A stretch of 64,000 nucleotides of DNA from NCBI RefSeq assembly GCF_009914755.1, contig NC_060929.1. The stretch is one strand, 5' to 3'. This document shows, piece by piece, positions 63,284 to 64,000 of the stretch. The translations under genes were made by a program, and so were the position numbers. How positions within the stretch are numbered: the first letter of the stretch is position 1; the number at the start of each line of letters is the position of its first letter. The notes below the pieces were generated by a model that was not told where the DNA came from, did not search any database, and saw only the letters and a program-made list of their open reading frames with translations. The stretch comes from the human T2T-CHM13v2.0 reference genome, Homo sapiens.

Positions 63284-64000
63284 TGTGGGCCATACAAGTC
63301 TGCTACTGCTGCCTCGGGGGCAAGAGGCCTTCGTTCTCAAATGCCTCTAGTTTATGTAGGTATCTGTTCTGGTGGATCTTGGAGAGGATGGGGGTATAGT
63401 TGTGGGGCTCCTCCGAGCACCCACAAACCCCTTTTCTTCTTGCTTCCTTTCACCACTCAGGCTCAAAGTTGGGAAGCTCTGCCCTTGTTCTTCACACTTT
63501 TTCCCGATTGCCTTCAGGGACTGGATTTTTGAAACAGAAGTTTTGTTTTTGGTGTGTCAACTCTCCTCTAGGCAGACTTCTGAGTGGAGAGAGAGGAAAA
63601 ACATCAGCAATGTCTTGAAGATATTAATCCCACTACAATTGCCAACCTGTAGGGCACAACGCTAGCATCCAGCTGGTGCTGGTGACTTGAGGCTCCTGCT
63701 TCTCCCCGGTCCCCTTCCCATCTGAATTTCTTTCTAGATCTAACATTGTTTGTTTCTCCTCATCAGTTTGTCTTTCCCTCCTAGGTTCCTCTTCCGGCGG
63801 GCTTCCCCTCCCTCCTTCCCGTCCTGCCTGGTGGCTCCCACATGAAGTCTGCACAGGATTCACACAAGAATACAGGTCAGCTGGGAAATTCTTCTCTCCA
63901 CTGGGCCCCAGTGCCATTGCCATCTTTTTTGACTTAACCATCCATCTTGTATAATTACTGCTGAACCCTGGGCTCAAGTTCTCTTGTGGGTCCCTGAATA

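Overview
Human (primate) genomic DNA, + strand. It holds the 3' end of the FER non-receptor tyrosine kinase gene: the last three coding exons at 6202-6356, 11660-11782 and 12893-13035. They splice in frame (GT-AG) and encode the kinase C-lobe from (HR)DLAARN/DFG/WTAPE to the C-terminal ...IIKRKLT*. A repeat-poor stretch follows, most likely a ~9.3 kb 3'UTR ending near AATAAA at 22276. The remaining ~41 kb is intergenic and dominated by transposable elements: a ~17 kb nested LINE-1 block including a full-length ~6.2 kb L1PA4/5-type element (33948-40127, minus strand), Alus, MaLR/ERVL LTRs, MIR/L2 and DNA-transposon relics. Almost all ORFs in the supplied track are repeat-derived or chance ORFs. 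I find no evidence for a new multi-gene system. The most unusual local structures are: (i) a fold-back Alu hairpin (39-bp stem, 6-nt loop) in the FER 3'UTR; (ii) a 22-bp tandem expansion in the L1 5'UTR that creates three perfect palindromic NF-kB sites; (iii) a near-perfect 133-bp tandem duplication at 54066-54333; (iv) several cleanly resolvable nested insertions. Repeat subfamily calls are from recalled consensus sequences, and most repeat boundaries are approximate.
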